The notes below the pieces were generated by a model that was not told the origin of the DNA, made no database searches, and worked only from the letters and a program-made list of their open reading frames with translations. 32,000 nucleotides of DNA. Origin: Alkanindiges sp. WGS2144. Lineage in GTDB: Bacteria > Pseudomonadota > Gammaproteobacteria > Pseudomonadales > Moraxellaceae. Location: the NCBI RefSeq assembly GCF_043950625.1, contig NZ_CP171007.1; one strand, 5' to 3'. Both the position numbers and the translations under genes were made by a program. Positions 30,835-32,000 of this stretch are shown piece by piece (within the stretch, counting starts at the first letter, position 1; every line of letters begins with the position of its first letter).

Positions 30835-31875
30835 CTATTTTTTGTAGCGATCAACCATTTTTTCCAGAGAAATGGGATTGATCTTACTGGCGTGACCAGC
30901 AGTACCAAATGCCTCATAACGTGCCACGCAAATATCCTGCATAGCCGTAACCGTTTTGGCAAAAAACTTACGTGGGTCAAATTCGGATGGATTGGTTGCC
31001 AGTTCACGACGGATAGCACCTGTTGAAGCCAGACGCAAATCAGTATCAATATTGATTTTACGCACACCATGCTTAATCGCTTCTACCAACTGCTCTACAG
31101 GCACGCCATAAGTTTCTTTAATTTCGCCGCCATATTGATTGATAATGGCTAACCAGTCCTGCGGTACTGAGCTGGAACCATGCATCACCAGATGGGTATT
31201 TGGAATACGGGCATGAATTTCCTTGATGCGCTCAATGGCCAGAATGTCATCGGTTGGTGGGCGGGTAAATTTATAAGCCCCATGGCTAGTACCCACTGCA
31301 ATTGCCAGTGCGTCCACACCGGTATCAGCCACAAATTGTGCGGCCTCTTCCGGATCAGTCAACAATTGCGAATGGTCCAGTACACCTTCTGCACCAATCC
31401 CATCTTCTTCACCAGCCATACCGGTTTCCAGACTGCCCAGGCAACCAATTTCTCCTTCAACAGACACACCACAGGCATGCGCCAGTTCTACTACACGGCG
31501 GGTTACCTGCACATTGTAGTCATAGTCCGTCGGGGTCTTGCCGTCTTCGCCCAGTGAACCATCCATCATCACGGAGCTAAAGCCTAACTGGATAGAACGC
31601 TGACAAACATCTGGGCTAGTGCCATGATCCTGATGCATAACCACAGGAATATGTGGCCATTCTTCAATAGCTGCCAGAATCAGATGACGTAAAAAAGGTG
31701 CTCCAGCATATTTGCGTGCGCCTGCACTGGCCTGCACAATCACTGGAGAATTCGTTTGGTCTGCTGCCAGCATAATCGCGCGCATTTGTTCTAAATTATT
31801 GACATTAAAAGCAGGAACACCATAGTTATATTCAGCTGCATGGTCGAGCAGCTGGCGCAGGGAAATCAGTGCCAT
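30835..31875 (-). CDS. fba: Class II fructose-1,6-bisphosphate aldolase (CbbA/Fba subtype)
   Basis: [30 protein letters not shown] start, and metal-binding His residues in [14 protein letters not shown] and LVMHGSS. 346 aa. Confidence 0.95.
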   Translation of the reverse strand: MALISLRQLLDHAAEYNYGVPAFNVNNLEQMRAIMLAADQTNSPVIVQASAGARKYAGAPFLRHLILAAIEEWPHIPVVMHQDHGTSPDVCQRSIQLGFSSVMMDGSLGEDGKTPTDYDYNVQVTRRVVELAHACGVSVEGEIGCLGSLETGMAGEEDGIGAEGVLDHSQLLTDPEEAAQFVADTGVDALAIAVGTSHGAYKFTRPPTDDILAIERIKEIHARIPNTHLVMHGSSSVPQDWLAIINQYGGEIKETYGVPVEQLVEAIKHGVRKINIDTDLRLASTGAIRRELATNPSEFDPRKFFAKTVTAMQDICVARYEAFGTAGHASKINPISLEKMVDRYKK

Positions 31876-32000
31876 ATTATCCTCCAGAAAATTAGGCTAA
31901 TTCTAACCTGTGTCAAGCAATAAGTCAGTGATATAAAGTATTTTAATTATTGATAGTACACTCTTTTAAAAAAGAAGAGACCTCAAATAACAAATCCCGT

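Overview
This window is mostly core housekeeping DNA from a moderate-GC gammaproteobacterium. The gene order resembles Pseudomonadales/Moraxellaceae: pyrG-kdsA-eno-ftsB-ispD, tsaD divergent from rpsU-yqeY, rnd-ycgL, ybaB-recR, and glnS divergent from ppiB-lpxH. I call about 33 protein-coding genes, one tRNA-Leu(UAG), one clear pseudogene and several hairpin terminators. I saw no transposase, integrase, CRISPR array or long repeat. All protein calls rest on motif recognition by eye, since no searches could be run.

Five things do not fit ordinary housekeeping content:
- Patatin operon (7649-10531). A tightly packed minus-strand operon sits between tsaD and tRNA-Leu. It encodes a TGL/SDP1-type patatin lipase, a stand-alone Hanks-type Ser/Thr kinase with no glycine-rich loop, and a 135-aa orphan protein. 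This is my best candidate for an undescribed module.
- Disrupted catalase. A large-subunit catalase (katE type) is inactivated by three lesions packed into about 140 bp: two in-frame TAG codons and one 1-nt insertion. The remaining roughly 2 kb reads intact.
- ybaB-recR insert. A visibly GC-rich, hairpin-rich 148-nt insert lies between ybaB and recR. It carries an AGGAGG-preceded 43-codon ORF whose stop overlaps the recR start (ATGA).
- ycgL to VWA gene string. ycgL, a small membrane protein, a MoxR-type AAA+ ATPase and a CoxE-type VWA protein are spaced for translational coupling.
- Lipolytic enzymes. Three lipolytic-type genes occur in the window: a LIP-family lipoprotein, the patatin, and a PhaC-like hydrolase with Ser in place of Cys.
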